DNA of 64,000 bases. Source: Candidatus Altiarchaeota archaeon. Lineage in GTDB: Archaea > Altiarchaeota > Altiarchaeia > IMC4 > SCGC-AAA252-I15. Made by a program: the position numbers and the translations under genes. The stretch spans positions 96,001 to 160,000 of the forward strand of contig JAZDNF010000009.1 in assembly GCA_043800255.1 (NCBI GenBank), given 5' to 3'. Below, piece by piece: positions 39,075-48,363 of the stretch (the stretch's first letter is position 1; each line of letters starts with the position of its first letter). The notes under the pieces were generated by a model. That model worked only from the letters and a program-made list of their open reading frames with translations, did no database searches and was not told the DNA's origin.

Positions 39075-40127
39075 ATGCTTACTATGAAAAATCGTGCTCT
39101 TTTCATGATTTTTATCTTGATTCTTATCGGAGTATCTTTTTACTACTATGAATTTGTTTATATTCCCAGTTCCGTAAAACTTTCTCCCCCCAGGGATTTG
39201 CCCTTTTTCAGTGTTTCATATGTCTACCAGATTCAACCTACTTCACCCATCACCTTTGCCTTTGGATCAGAGGCGGTATCGTCCATGGAATTAAGTCAGA
39301 AAATCGAGGGTGATTTGCACAATATAAAACAGATGGGGTTTGAGGGGGTTAAGTTATCGTTCCATTTTAGGGAGAACAATTATCTTCCAGAGAGGATTGC
39401 CCTGAAGGCTGCTAAAGAAGACTTGTATCCGATAGGTATTCTCATGGGCCATGACACCAAGCCCAGAGATAGGGCGTTTACTGAGGATGAACTGAGGGAA
39501 TGGGAATCCTTTGTAAGAACGGAGGTGAGGGCGAACAAGGGCATAATCTATTTTTGGGAGGTCTGGAATGAGCCAGACATTGATTTGTTCAGATATGGAA
39601 CGCCTGAAGAATTTCTAACGCTCCTTGAGAGGACGTACAAAATAATCAAAGAAGAGAACCCTCAAGCTAGGGTCATAGTAACCCTTGATGCTTTTGACAG
39701 GCGGCCGCGTGAATTTTCCGAGGGTTTATTGTCGTTGGGTGGTGGGGATTATTTTGATATTCTTAGCTTTCATCCCTATGGAGCGAATCCATACATACGG
39801 GAGGATGTTTTTAATGAGTCGATAGTCGAGGAGAAAGAGATGCTGGCAAGGTATAACAATCGGTGGCCGCTTTGGATAACTGAGATAGGCCAGCCAACAA
39901 GCGAAGTCTCTGAGGGAACACAGGCAGATTTGGCGGAATTAGTTTTCAAAACCGCTCACAAAGAGAGAATACCAATAATCTGGCTTCACTATTCTGATCA
40001 GAGACTATATCAGATTGGAGAAAGTTCTGGTTGGGGGTTGTTAGACATAAACGGTAATCCTAAACCAGTTTTTGAAAGAATAAAAGGAATTTTACAAGAG
40101 GCAGGTAAAGGAACAGTGAATTCTTGA
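39075..40127 (+). CDS. Membrane-anchored clan-A glycoside hydrolase (GH5/GH39-like)
   Basis: WEVWNEPD acid/base, SFHPY, WITEIG nucleophile, WGLL...PKP. Confidence 0.85.
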   Translation: MLTMKNRALFMIFILILIGVSFYYYEFVYIPSSVKLSPPRDLPFFSVSYVYQIQPTSPITFAFGSEAVSSMELSQKIEGDLHNIKQMGFEGVKLSFHFRENNYLPERIALKAAKEDLYPIGILMGHDTKPRDRAFTEDELREWESFVRTEVRANKGIIYFWEVWNEPDIDLFRYGTPEEFLTLLERTYKIIKEENPQARVIVTLDAFDRRPREFSEGLLSLGGGDYFDILSFHPYGANPYIREDVFNESIVEEKEMLARYNNRWPLWITEIGQPTSEVSEGTQADLAELVFKTAHKERIPIIWLHYSDQRLYQIGESSGWGLLDINGNPKPVFERIKGILQEAGKGTVNS

Positions 40128-40403
40128 ATCTTGTCAGGAACTTATTTTTTTGGACGTTATCTGCTTTTTCCCCCGAATATAATTGTGAATTTTTCTTTTT
40201 CTTGCCCTTTTCCTTTCTTCGGCTTCAAAATATAAAAACCGCATACTCTTCCGCAACCCAACAATCTAACATTCCCCAACAGCTCCATTATCCCACTGGC
40301 TGCGGCTCAGACGGCGAAATCCACTATCACACAGGAAACCAAACCCGCACGGACAACCAAAAAATCAGCGAAAACAAAATAGAAAAACCATGGTTTATTG
40401 TAT

Positions 40404-40559
40404 GTTATTTAAAATGGGATTCAATGTTCTATTATGGACTCTGCTCACATTCAAATCGCTGAGGTGGAGGGTATCTCAGACCTACTGCAAAAGCTTTTCT
40501 GGAAGCAGCCTGCGATGGCTGGGAAGGCTGTGGAGTTTTTGGAGTATGTGAGGCAGTGG
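40404..40559 (+). pseudogene. Direct repeat copy 3A: promoter plus first 42 codons of the wHTH gene at 41632
   Basis: 156-bp ungapped match to 41602-41757; first 59 bp identical, 21 mismatches thereafter. Confidence 0.9.
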
Positions 40560-40636
40560 TGCCATATTATGAAACGGATGGTAGGCGGTTTGGGATTCGC
40601 TTATATTTATACTAGTTCATATCTGTTATACGTAGG

Positions 40637-40924
40637 TTGTCGGTCATGCAAACTCACATTGACTCTCCACAGCAGCTTCGGGATTTCATAGATCACCGGA
40701 TGGATGAGGCTGTTAGGGATGCTCGAAGGACTGCTGAGAGGGTTGCTAGGACTGAGGCGAAGCTTGCTGAATTCGAACTTCTGTATTCTGCTGTTGTCGA
40801 TGGAGGGGAGAGTAGGAAGAATCTCGAACTGCTGAGAAGGGACAGGGAAACCCGGTGGAAGAAGGCTTTGAAAAAGGCTGGCGGCAATGAGGATGAGGCC
40901 TTGCTCATCTACGACGAGTTTTAG
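40637..40924 (+). CDS. Small helical hypothetical protein (start perhaps 40646)
   Basis: 95-aa ORF convergent with and overlapping the PIN gene. Confidence 0.55.
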   Translation: MSVMQTHIDSPQQLRDFIDHRMDEAVRDARRTAERVARTEAKLAEFELLYSAVVDGGESRKNLELLRRDRETRWKKALKKAGGNEDEALLIYDEF

Positions 40925-41456
40925 ACCTTCTGCCGTATGTTTGCCTGAAGAAGTCTTTGATTTTTTTGTCCATAGTGGGGAATTCGCCGACTCCCATGCC
41001 CATGAGTTTGCAGGCTTGTTTGAAGTGGTTGTTGGTTGAGTAGACGAGGTTGATGCGTTCCTTTTTGAAGTCGGCGATGATGTAACAGTCTGGGGGGTGC
41101 ATTTCTATGTTGTTTTTCTTGCACAGGTTGAAGAGTTCTCTGACCGTTTCTCTGTTAGTGGAATCCCTTTCTATGACCTGGATTTTGTTGTTTTTTAGGA
41201 ATTCGGTCAGCTCTTGGGTAGCTTCCTTTAGGCTGCGTCCTTTCTTTTGTAGGATGTGGGTGGCTTCTTTGTCGGGTTCTAGGGATATGCGATGTACGAA
41301 AGCGGTGTCTCCGAGTATTTGGTCACCTTCGTTGGAGAAGAATCGTGGATTCTCTATGAGGTCGACTAGGATGTTAGTGTCCAATCCTATTCTGCGTTCT
41401 CCTTGGAATCTGGCTGTTCTCTTCAGCCGGTAGATTTGTTCCCTCTTTTCGCCCAT
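40905..41456 (-). CDS. PIN-domain (VapC-like) nuclease
   Basis: GLDTNILV, E, HPPDCYIIA and STNNHF acidic pattern; start likely ATG 41456. Confidence 0.7.
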   Translation of the reverse strand: MGEKREQIYRLKRTARFQGERRIGLDTNILVDLIENPRFFSNEGDQILGDTAFVHRISLEPDKEATHILQKKGRSLKEATQELTEFLKNNKIQVIERDSTNRETVRELFNLCKKNNIEMHPPDCYIIADFKKERINLVYSTNNHFKQACKLMGMGVGEFPTMDKKIKDFFRQTYGRRSKTRRR

Positions 41457-41631
41457 TGCAGAAGATATTGAGAGGGGAGAGGTATAAGAGCGGTATCTGG
41501 TTAGGTAGTAGCTTCCATAGCCCACCCCATTAACCAACCACCATGCTCTCAGCTTCCCCACCATTTCTGTCAATTGGGGCAGGACGCCGAAGAAATTTCA
41601 CGTTATTTAAAATGGGATTCAATGTTCTATT

Positions 41632-41985
41632 ATGGACTCTGCTCACATTCAAATCGCTGAAGTGGAGGGTGTCGCAGACCTCCTTCAGAGGTTGTTCTGG
41701 AAGCAGCCGCAGATGGCGGGGAAAGCTGTCGAGTTCTTGGATTACATCAGACAGTGGGGGCGGAGTGAGACGCCCTATAGGGTGGACCAGTGGGAGAACT
41801 ACTGTGAGAGGCATGGGATAACGCAGAGCAAATACCATAACATGCTGAAAAGGCTGAAAAGGGCGGGGATGATAGAGAAAAAATACAATAAGACGAAGAA
41901 GACGCACGAGCTGTTCCTGTCCGAAGGATTCTCAGAACGGCTGGAGAGTATGACATCAGCGTGGGACAACTTCAGAAAGAATTAG
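41632..41985 (+). CDS. Conserved winged-helix protein
   Basis: YHNMLKRLKRAGMIEK...LSEGFSERL; its 5' end is repeat copy 3B (41602-41757). Confidence 0.75.
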   Translation: MDSAHIQIAEVEGVADLLQRLFWKQPQMAGKAVEFLDYIRQWGRSETPYRVDQWENYCERHGITQSKYHNMLKRLKRAGMIEKKYNKTKKTHELFLSEGFSERLESMTSAWDNFRKN

Positions 41986-43106
41986 AGACGCAGGAAGTCG
42001 ACGACAGGATTCCTTCTGAGGTCAACCGCATGATGGGGGCACATCTCATGACAACAATAACAGCGGATGCACATGCTAAGGTCCATGCGCGCCCTCCCGT
42101 CCTTCAAGGTTATGGCATCCACAGGACAGTTCTCCACGCAGATGCCGCAACCGACACAATTGCTGTTGCTGTGAGGGCTGGGAATGAACAGAGAACGGGA
42201 GACGCTCCCAAGCAAGGACATCAGAGTGCTTGAAGCAGGAGACAACGGAGGCCTGAAACCAGAAACCCGGACGGAATCCAAAGGCTCACCGATGATGCTG
42301 ATATCCTCCAACCTGCCAGACCAGAGGCCTCTTTGGATGGCAGCCCAGAGAGTAGGAACAGAACCAGGGTCAAAGCCCACAACAGAACAGGCAACGGCGT
42401 CCAAGGCAACGCTGTCAGAAGAAGCTAGAATGAGACCAACCTGCTTAGGACTGCCGGCAGCAGGCCCGTCGCCGTCCATCCCAATAACACCGTCCATGAT
42501 GGACAGTTCAGGCTTCACCAACTGGAGTAAGTCCACAAGCATCTCGGCGAAATTCTCCCTGCTCTTGAGCTTACCATGGTAGCCGGACTTCAGGAGACCT
42601 GGAATCAAACCGAACAAAATCTTAGTAGAACCGGTGAACTGCATGAGAACATGAGTCTTCAACTTCGGCAACGTGACGACAGAGTCAACAGAATCAAGGA
42701 CGTTGAGAACCTGGAAGCCTTTGATCAGCTTCCCCCCAGGATTGGGAACATACTTGTATGAGACGTCATAATTGAGACTGGCGCCAGTCTCCTCAACCAC
42801 CTGCAGCAGACCAGCCAACTTGTAAGCGCGCTTCAGCATCCTCTCCACCATCGGCCCCCCAGGACTGTCGCCGATGACAACCTCATGACCGCGAGACTGC
42901 AATAGCTCGACGACTGCCTTCACTACCATAGGATGAGTCACGATAGCCTCCTCAGGACGGGAAGGCCTGAGAAGATTGACCTTCAACAGGACCCTGGAAC
43001 CAAGATTGTTAAGGCCACCGGAAAGCTCCGCAGCCCTCCTGACAGAGGCTGAGACCGCATCATACGAGTAACTGCCGCAGCCCACAATGGAGACCGTGGA
43101 TTTCAC
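41982..43106 (-). CDS. DUF362 + 2x[4Fe-4S] ferredoxin protein
   Basis: LLKVNL, THP, GDSPG, PKLKTH, GDGP; CVGCGICVENCP and CIRCYCCHEMCP. Confidence 0.9.
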   Translation of the reverse strand: MKSTVSIVGCGSYSYDAVSASVRRAAELSGGLNNLGSRVLLKVNLLRPSRPEEAIVTHPMVVKAVVELLQSRGHEVVIGDSPGGPMVERMLKRAYKLAGLLQVVEETGASLNYDVSYKYVPNPGGKLIKGFQVLNVLDSVDSVVTLPKLKTHVLMQFTGSTKILFGLIPGLLKSGYHGKLKSRENFAEMLVDLLQLVKPELSIMDGVIGMDGDGPAAGSPKQVGLILASSDSVALDAVACSVVGFDPGSVPTLWAAIQRGLWSGRLEDISIIGEPLDSVRVSGFRPPLSPASSTLMSLLGSVSRSLFIPSPHSNSNCVGCGICVENCPVDAITLKDGRARMDLSMCIRCYCCHEMCPHHAVDLRRNPVVDFLRL

Positions 43107-43119
43107 CTGACCTTGAACC

Positions 43120-43749
43120 TCACCGCAGCCCCTCCAACAAGACAGGCAGCCGCGCTATGGAATCGATGACATACTGCGCGCCGTTGCTCAAGAACATGTC
43201 ACGCCTCGTGCCGCCGCTGAGAACAGCGACGAACACGACGCCAGCATTGATGGCACACTCCAAGTCCACGATGGAATCCCCGACATATAACATGTCATCC
43301 ATGCCAACCATGAGCTTCCTCGAGATCTGAAAAAGCGCCGAAGGATCGGGCTTATGCCGGGTTATCGAACCCTTATGCAGTATCACATAGAAGATGCCAG
43401 GATCGATCCCCATCAGCTTAAGATGAGAGTACAACGTGTCCTCCCCACGCGACGTCAATATCGCAAGCCTGTACTTTTTGGAAAGCAGCTCCAGAGTCTC
43501 CTTCACCCCCACTATTGGAGTGGACTTCTCGACATTCCCCCTGTAAAGCTTGTTGAACCTGTCGATGTCGACGTCAGGCCATAACCCCATCAAAGCCGCA
43601 ACCCACGGCTTCCCAAGCTGGGACGTGAACTTCTCGAACTCCACCTCCTCCAGCCCCATGAGAGCGGCAACACGCTTATACTCCCCCCAGATGCTGTTGG
43701 TAGTGTCAATCAACGTCCCGTCGAAATCGAAGACTATCGCCCTGAGCAT
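43120..43749 (-). CDS. HAD-family phosphatase (Gph-like)
   Basis: FDFDGTL, TSR, KPDP, VGDS..D. Confidence 0.88.
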   Translation of the reverse strand: MLRAIVFDFDGTLIDTTNSIWGEYKRVAALMGLEEVEFEKFTSQLGKPWVAALMGLWPDVDIDRFNKLYRGNVEKSTPIVGVKETLELLSKKYRLAILTSRGEDTLYSHLKLMGIDPGIFYVILHKGSITRHKPDPSALFQISRKLMVGMDDMLYVGDSIVDLECAINAGVVFVAVLSGGTRRDMFLSNGAQYVIDSIARLPVLLEGLR

Positions 43750-43816
43750 GTTAAGGATTGTTAAAAGAAGTAATTATGCATTTTTATCCCCATATTAGGA
43801 TATTTAACGACAAAAA

Positions 43817-44779
43817 ATGCCATCACCGTGGGTTCTGGGACCTATTTTCAACTTCATCGCGATAGTAATCTCACTCTTCGCAGTCCTCTACTGGATCAGA
43901 CTGTACAGGGCCCTCTACAAGAAGGATGAGAGGGAGATAAGAGGATGGAGGTGGATCTTCGTGGCCGTCCTGGGGATACTTCTATTCAACATAACATCCG
44001 CCTACCTTCTGGTCAACATCTCAGACCTCTACGTGGCCGTGAACGTGGAGAAACTGTTCCCCAACGCCAAGAACAAAGTCTACGTACTCGACATGGGCAT
44101 GATGGAAGTCTTCAACACCCTCGGCAGGACCATAATAGGCCTCTCCATGACAGTCGGCGCCTACCTCATCTACGCCCCAATGAGAAGGGTCAAGGGAGTC
44201 CAATACAGGTTCGTCCCAGTCACTCCCACAACGGAGACGAAAAGCCAGGAAGAATCAAAATACAGCCTCGCGAAATCCAGCATCTACATGATAAAGGACG
44301 AGCGGCCCACCGCAGGAAGCAGGGACTACATGGTGAAAGGCACGATGCCGAACAAGGCCCTGTCAATCTTCAAAGACCTCGTCACCCACGACATAGAAGG
44401 CCTCTGCATCTCCAGAACCCACCCTGAGAAGATAAGGGAGATGTACGACCTCAGGAAGATCCCAGTCTTATGGCTGAGCCGCTCCCAAGAATACAGAGGA
44501 CATCTCGAACCGTCAGACCTCGTCGAGCTGATGCAAACCATAAAGGAATTCGTGACAAAGAGCGCTAACAGCGTCGTCCTCCTTGATGGGCTGGAATACC
44601 TGATAACCCAGAACAGCTTCGATGACATACTAAGGTTCATCCAGTCCCTCAACGACATAATATCGACCAGCAACGCCCGTGTCATCATCCCCGTCGATCC
44701 GACGACGATAGAGGAGAAGCAGCTCCACCTCCTGCAGAGGGAGATGAACGAGATAACCAGCGTCTGGGACAGAGCCTAA
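43817..44779 (+). CDS. Membrane protein with a C-terminal DUF835 (RecA-fold) domain
   Basis: 3 TM then GLCISRTHPE, VLWLS, VVLLDGLEYLI..NSF. Confidence 0.85.
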   Translation: MPSPWVLGPIFNFIAIVISLFAVLYWIRLYRALYKKDEREIRGWRWIFVAVLGILLFNITSAYLLVNISDLYVAVNVEKLFPNAKNKVYVLDMGMMEVFNTLGRTIIGLSMTVGAYLIYAPMRRVKGVQYRFVPVTPTTETKSQEESKYSLAKSSIYMIKDERPTAGSRDYMVKGTMPNKALSIFKDLVTHDIEGLCISRTHPEKIREMYDLRKIPVLWLSRSQEYRGHLEPSDLVELMQTIKEFVTKSANSVVLLDGLEYLITQNSFDDILRFIQSLNDIISTSNARVIIPVDPTTIEEKQLHLLQREMNEITSVWDRA

Positions 44780-45081
44780 CGGAAGCCGGTGAACAGCACC
44801 CTCCTGAAATCAACTACCCTGCCGTCAACTATTCCGACACCCTCAGACCTGAGCAGCCGAATCTTCCTCTCAATACCCTGGTTGTATCCTCCAACCTCCC
44901 CGTTCGAGCGCACCACCCTGTGGCACGGCATCTCCACAGGATCAGGGTTAGAGCGCATCAGCATGCCAACAGCCCGCGCCGCCTTCCTGTTGCCCAACGC
45001 CCTCGCAACCTCTCCATAGGTTGACACACTCCCCCGCGGAATCTGCCTCACCAGAAAGTAGGCTTCCTCTCTGATGCCCAT
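44776..45081 (-). CDS. ogt: O6-methylguanine DNA methyltransferase, stand-alone C-terminal domain
   Basis: IPRGSVSTYG, RAVG, PCHRVV active-site Cys. Confidence 0.88.
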   Translation of the reverse strand: MGIREEAYFLVRQIPRGSVSTYGEVARALGNRKAARAVGMLMRSNPDPVEMPCHRVVRSNGEVGGYNQGIERKIRLLRSEGVGIVDGRVVDFRRVLFTGFR

Positions 45082-45110
45082 GATATTTACTCTAGGAGTT
45101 AATCATTAAT

Positions 45111-46100
45111 ATGAGAGACCTTTCCCCGGAGTTCAAATTCGACGAGGACATTCTCAGAAGGGAGTTCGCAAAACTTGCGAACAGGATGGAACGCCCCAAG
45201 ATTGACAGGAAAGACCTGCTGAGAAGACTGTCTGCAGCAGGCCTCAAGGTTGAGAGGATCGTACCAGCCGCTCCCAAGAACGTCGGCATGCTGTGCGCTG
45301 ACTCCTCCTTCACGGTGAGAAACTTCAGATTCCACAGCATCTGGGGAGGGCACTGCGCGACAGTCTACGCCACCTACGACGGCGGAGAGCACGTTGACCC
45401 GCTCTCAGGCTCAGCCATCCTCGGATACACGAGGATGATGCACGACTCCTACGTCGACTTCGGAACCCTGACAGCAGGCATGAACGACGACGAAGCCTCC
45501 GGCCTTCGAAGAGTGAGACTCGAATACAGCTGCCTGCTGAGGTCCAAAGAGGACATAAGGAACATGGACCTAAAGGCAGACCTGCTGCTGGTGGACGGGA
45601 GCATCGCAACCCTGAAAAGATTCCTCGCCGAGAAAGCTGACAAGGAGATGATAGGACTGCAGGACTCCCTGCTAAAGAACAGAGTCGTTGGCATGGTCGA
45701 GGACTCCAGAGCCTCCGACGTCTCAAATTCCATGGGAGTGGACTGCCCCAACACGCTCCTATTCGACATGATACTCGAACCCCTCGAATACGTCAAAGTA
45801 GTCCATGACAGCGTCTGCGTATGCTACCTGAAGCTTCCGCCGAAGAAGGTTGACTTCCTCCCAGAATCACGTACGCCGCCGATAACCGTGAGATGGGAGT
45901 TCAGCTTTCCCGAATTTTTGAAGGATCTGAACGAGCTGGCAGGCATCTGGTCCTCAGAGGAGGACACCCTACACCCTCAGCTCTACCCCATCAGGGTTGC
46001 GGATTACCTGACCAGGAAGGTCAGGATTCAGCCGATCATCGACGAACTGGCCGCAGAATACGGCCTCCAGCCGGAATACCGGAGCATGAGGAGCTTATAG
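45111..46100 (+). CDS. NurA-family nuclease
   Basis: CADSS, LLVDGSI, GMVEDS, LYPIRVAD(Y) pattern (divergent). Confidence 0.65.
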   Translation: MRDLSPEFKFDEDILRREFAKLANRMERPKIDRKDLLRRLSAAGLKVERIVPAAPKNVGMLCADSSFTVRNFRFHSIWGGHCATVYATYDGGEHVDPLSGSAILGYTRMMHDSYVDFGTLTAGMNDDEASGLRRVRLEYSCLLRSKEDIRNMDLKADLLLVDGSIATLKRFLAEKADKEMIGLQDSLLKNRVVGMVEDSRASDVSNSMGVDCPNTLLFDMILEPLEYVKVVHDSVCVCYLKLPPKKVDFLPESRTPPITVRWEFSFPEFLKDLNELAGIWSSEEDTLHPQLYPIRVADYLTRKVRIQPIIDELAAEYGLQPEYRSMRSL

Positions 46101-46134
46101 ATTATTTATTCTGTCATTCACATCATTTACGATC

Positions 46135-47640
46135 ATGAAATACAAGGTAAGATTGTATGAGATCGAGACTGGGAAGCCTATCGTAGTCCTCAACGATGAG
46201 GACGTCGCGGAGATGGGCATCCACGTCGGCGACAGAGTCAAGATCATAAAAGGCAGCAAGGCAGTCACAGGCATCGTAGACACCACCACATCCTTCGTCA
46301 ACCCCGATGAGATAGGGATCTTCGAGGAAGTCAAAGAGTGCCTGGACGTGAAAGACGGAGACACCGTCGAAGTAAAGTCCACGGTGAGGCCGAAGTCGGT
46401 AGAGTTCCTGAAGAAGAAACTAAAAGGCGAGGAACTCCACGGCCACGAGATTAGGACCATAATACAGGATATCGTGGACAACAACTTGAGCGACATCGAA
46501 TTGAGCGCCTTCGTAACCGCATCATACATCAACGGCTACACGATGGACGAGATAGTAGCCCTTACAAACTCTATGGTCGAGACAGGAGACACCTTCGACT
46601 TCGGCGACGACACGGTGGACAAGCACTGCATCGGCGGCGTCGCAGGCAACAGAACGACTATGATACTCGTGCCAATTGTCGCGGCAGCAGGCCTCACCAT
46701 CCCGAAGACCAGCTCGAGGGCGATAACGTCGCCTGCTGGAACAGCCGACACCATGGAATTCCTCGCCAACGTCGAATTCGACATCGAAGAGCTCAAGAAG
46801 ATCGTGGCAAAGACCAACGGATGCATAGTCTGGGGTGGTGCAGTCAACCTCGCGCCAGCCGATGACAAGATAATAAGGGCAGAATATCCGCTCTCAATAG
46901 ACCCTGAAGGGCAGGTGCTGGCTTCGGTCATGGCCAAGAAGAAGTCAGTCGGCTCCGACTATGTGGTAATAGACATACCAGTCGGCAAGGGAACGAAGAT
47001 AGAGGACATGGACCAGGCTAACCTCCTCGCGAGGAAGTTCATCGAACTAGGCAACCGCCTTGAGATTTCAACAGAATGCATCGTCACCGACGGCAGCGCG
47101 CCCATAGGGAACGGCATCGGCCCAGCCCTGGAGGCACGCGATGTTTTGGACGTGCTCAACGGGAAGGGGCCGACAGACCTCGCTAACAAGTCAGTTGACC
47201 TAGCTGGCGTCCTCCTGGAGCTGTCTGGGAAGGTGAGGAAAGGCGAGGGCAGGAAAACCGCTGAAAGCATCCTCGAATCCGGCAAGGCGAAGAAGAAGAT
47301 GATGGAAATCATCGAAGCCCAGGGCGGCAACCCCAGGATAAAATCATCTGACATCCAGCTGGGGGACAAAACCTACGAAGTCCTCTCTGACATCAAGGGA
47401 AGGGTCAAGTTCATAGACAACAGCCTCATCTCAAAGGTCGCCAGGGCCGCTGGCGCGCCGAAGAACAAGGGCGCAGGCATCCTATTGCACGTAGGCGTCG
47501 GCGACAAGATCGAGAAGAACCAGAAGCTCTTCACCATATACTCTGAAGTCGAGGACAAGCTCGATTACGCGATAAAGACTAACGAGCAGCTGATACCAAT
47601 AAGAGTCGGCGGAGTCATACTGAAATCAGTCGTCAAGTGA
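46135..47640 (+). CDS. AMP phosphorylase
   Basis: N-terminal double-psi domain, DKHCIGGVAGN, PKTSSRAITSPAGTAD, GNGIGPALEA, ARAAGAP. Confidence 0.93.
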   Translation: MKYKVRLYEIETGKPIVVLNDEDVAEMGIHVGDRVKIIKGSKAVTGIVDTTTSFVNPDEIGIFEEVKECLDVKDGDTVEVKSTVRPKSVEFLKKKLKGEELHGHEIRTIIQDIVDNNLSDIELSAFVTASYINGYTMDEIVALTNSMVETGDTFDFGDDTVDKHCIGGVAGNRTTMILVPIVAAAGLTIPKTSSRAITSPAGTADTMEFLANVEFDIEELKKIVAKTNGCIVWGGAVNLAPADDKIIRAEYPLSIDPEGQVLASVMAKKKSVGSDYVVIDIPVGKGTKIEDMDQANLLARKFIELGNRLEISTECIVTDGSAPIGNGIGPALEARDVLDVLNGKGPTDLANKSVDLAGVLLELSGKVRKGEGRKTAESILESGKAKKKMMEIIEAQGGNPRIKSSDIQLGDKTYEVLSDIKGRVKFIDNSLISKVARAAGAPKNKGAGILLHVGVGDKIEKNQKLFTIYSEVEDKLDYAIKTNEQLIPIRVGGVILKSVVK

Positions 47641-47823
47641 GTTCAGACGTTCTTTTTTTCTCTTACATTGCCTTGCGCTTTCTGCCATCTCCTTCGACTC
47701 TGGAATCTCAATCACGCCCTTATGCTTTGAGTAATCTTCTCCAGCGGCAGCGCCGCCCACCTTCACATTAGGAAGCTCAACACCCTCAAAAGTCCTGTGC
47801 CTCAGCCGGTTGATCATCATCAC
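47626..47823 (-). CDS. Small hypothetical protein
   Basis: 65 aa; 4-bp overlap with the upstream gene. Confidence 0.4.
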   Translation of the reverse strand: MMMINRLRHRTFEGVELPNVKVGGAAAGEDYSKHKGVIEIPESKEMAESARQCKRKKERLNSLDD

Positions 47824-48362
47824 TCCTCGTCTGCCTTCCTAGCAGCCTTCTTGATGTCCTGTTTTTTATCATCGGTTAGCTCTTTGCCTTTGCGGAATTC
47901 GTTTACTGCGTCTAACACTCCGTCATCACCGGCCCACGCGTTCTCCTCTATCTTCTGAACGTACTGCTCGACTTCAGCCTTGTCGACGTATCCCGCCCCA
48001 TAACCTTTCATTATGTCAGGCGACACCCTCACAAGATGCTGTAATGAATCAGACCACTCCCGGGATTCCATGCTACCCTTAGCCAGGTTTATGCCCTCAT
48101 CGATTCTGTCAAGGGTAGGCTGCCATGCCTCAGACTGTACTCTCTCGCCTATCACCTTCCGGGCGAACTCAGCCTCCTCTATCTTCCTCTTCACCAGGTT
48201 AGCCCAGTCCTCGTCCCTCGTTGCCTTCCGTATCTCGTTTATGTCCTCCCTACTGAGGCCGTACATGTCCTCCCTAGTCATCTGATCAGGGTCCTTCTCC
48301 TTCGACATCTTCCCCAGCTGAGCCAGCTTCGCAATGCACGAAGGGCATAAATCGTGTGCCAA
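47820..48362 (-). CDS. Hypothetical helical protein with N-terminal CxxC
   Basis: TTG start 7 nt after GAGGT; begins AHDLCPSC. Confidence 0.65.
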   Translation of the reverse strand: MAHDLCPSCIAKLAQLGKMSKEKDPDQMTREDMYGLSREDINEIRKATRDEDWANLVKRKIEEAEFARKVIGERVQSEAWQPTLDRIDEGINLAKGSMESREWSDSLQHLVRVSPDIMKGYGAGYVDKAEVEQYVQKIEENAWAGDDGVLDAVNEFRKGKELTDDKKQDIKKAARKADEE

Positions 48363-48363
48363 T

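Noticed and set aside
40124-40691. ORFs 40124-40462 and 40434-40691 as intact genes
   Set aside because: The first has no protein-like features; the second is the truncated wHTH copy running into unrelated sequence after codon 42
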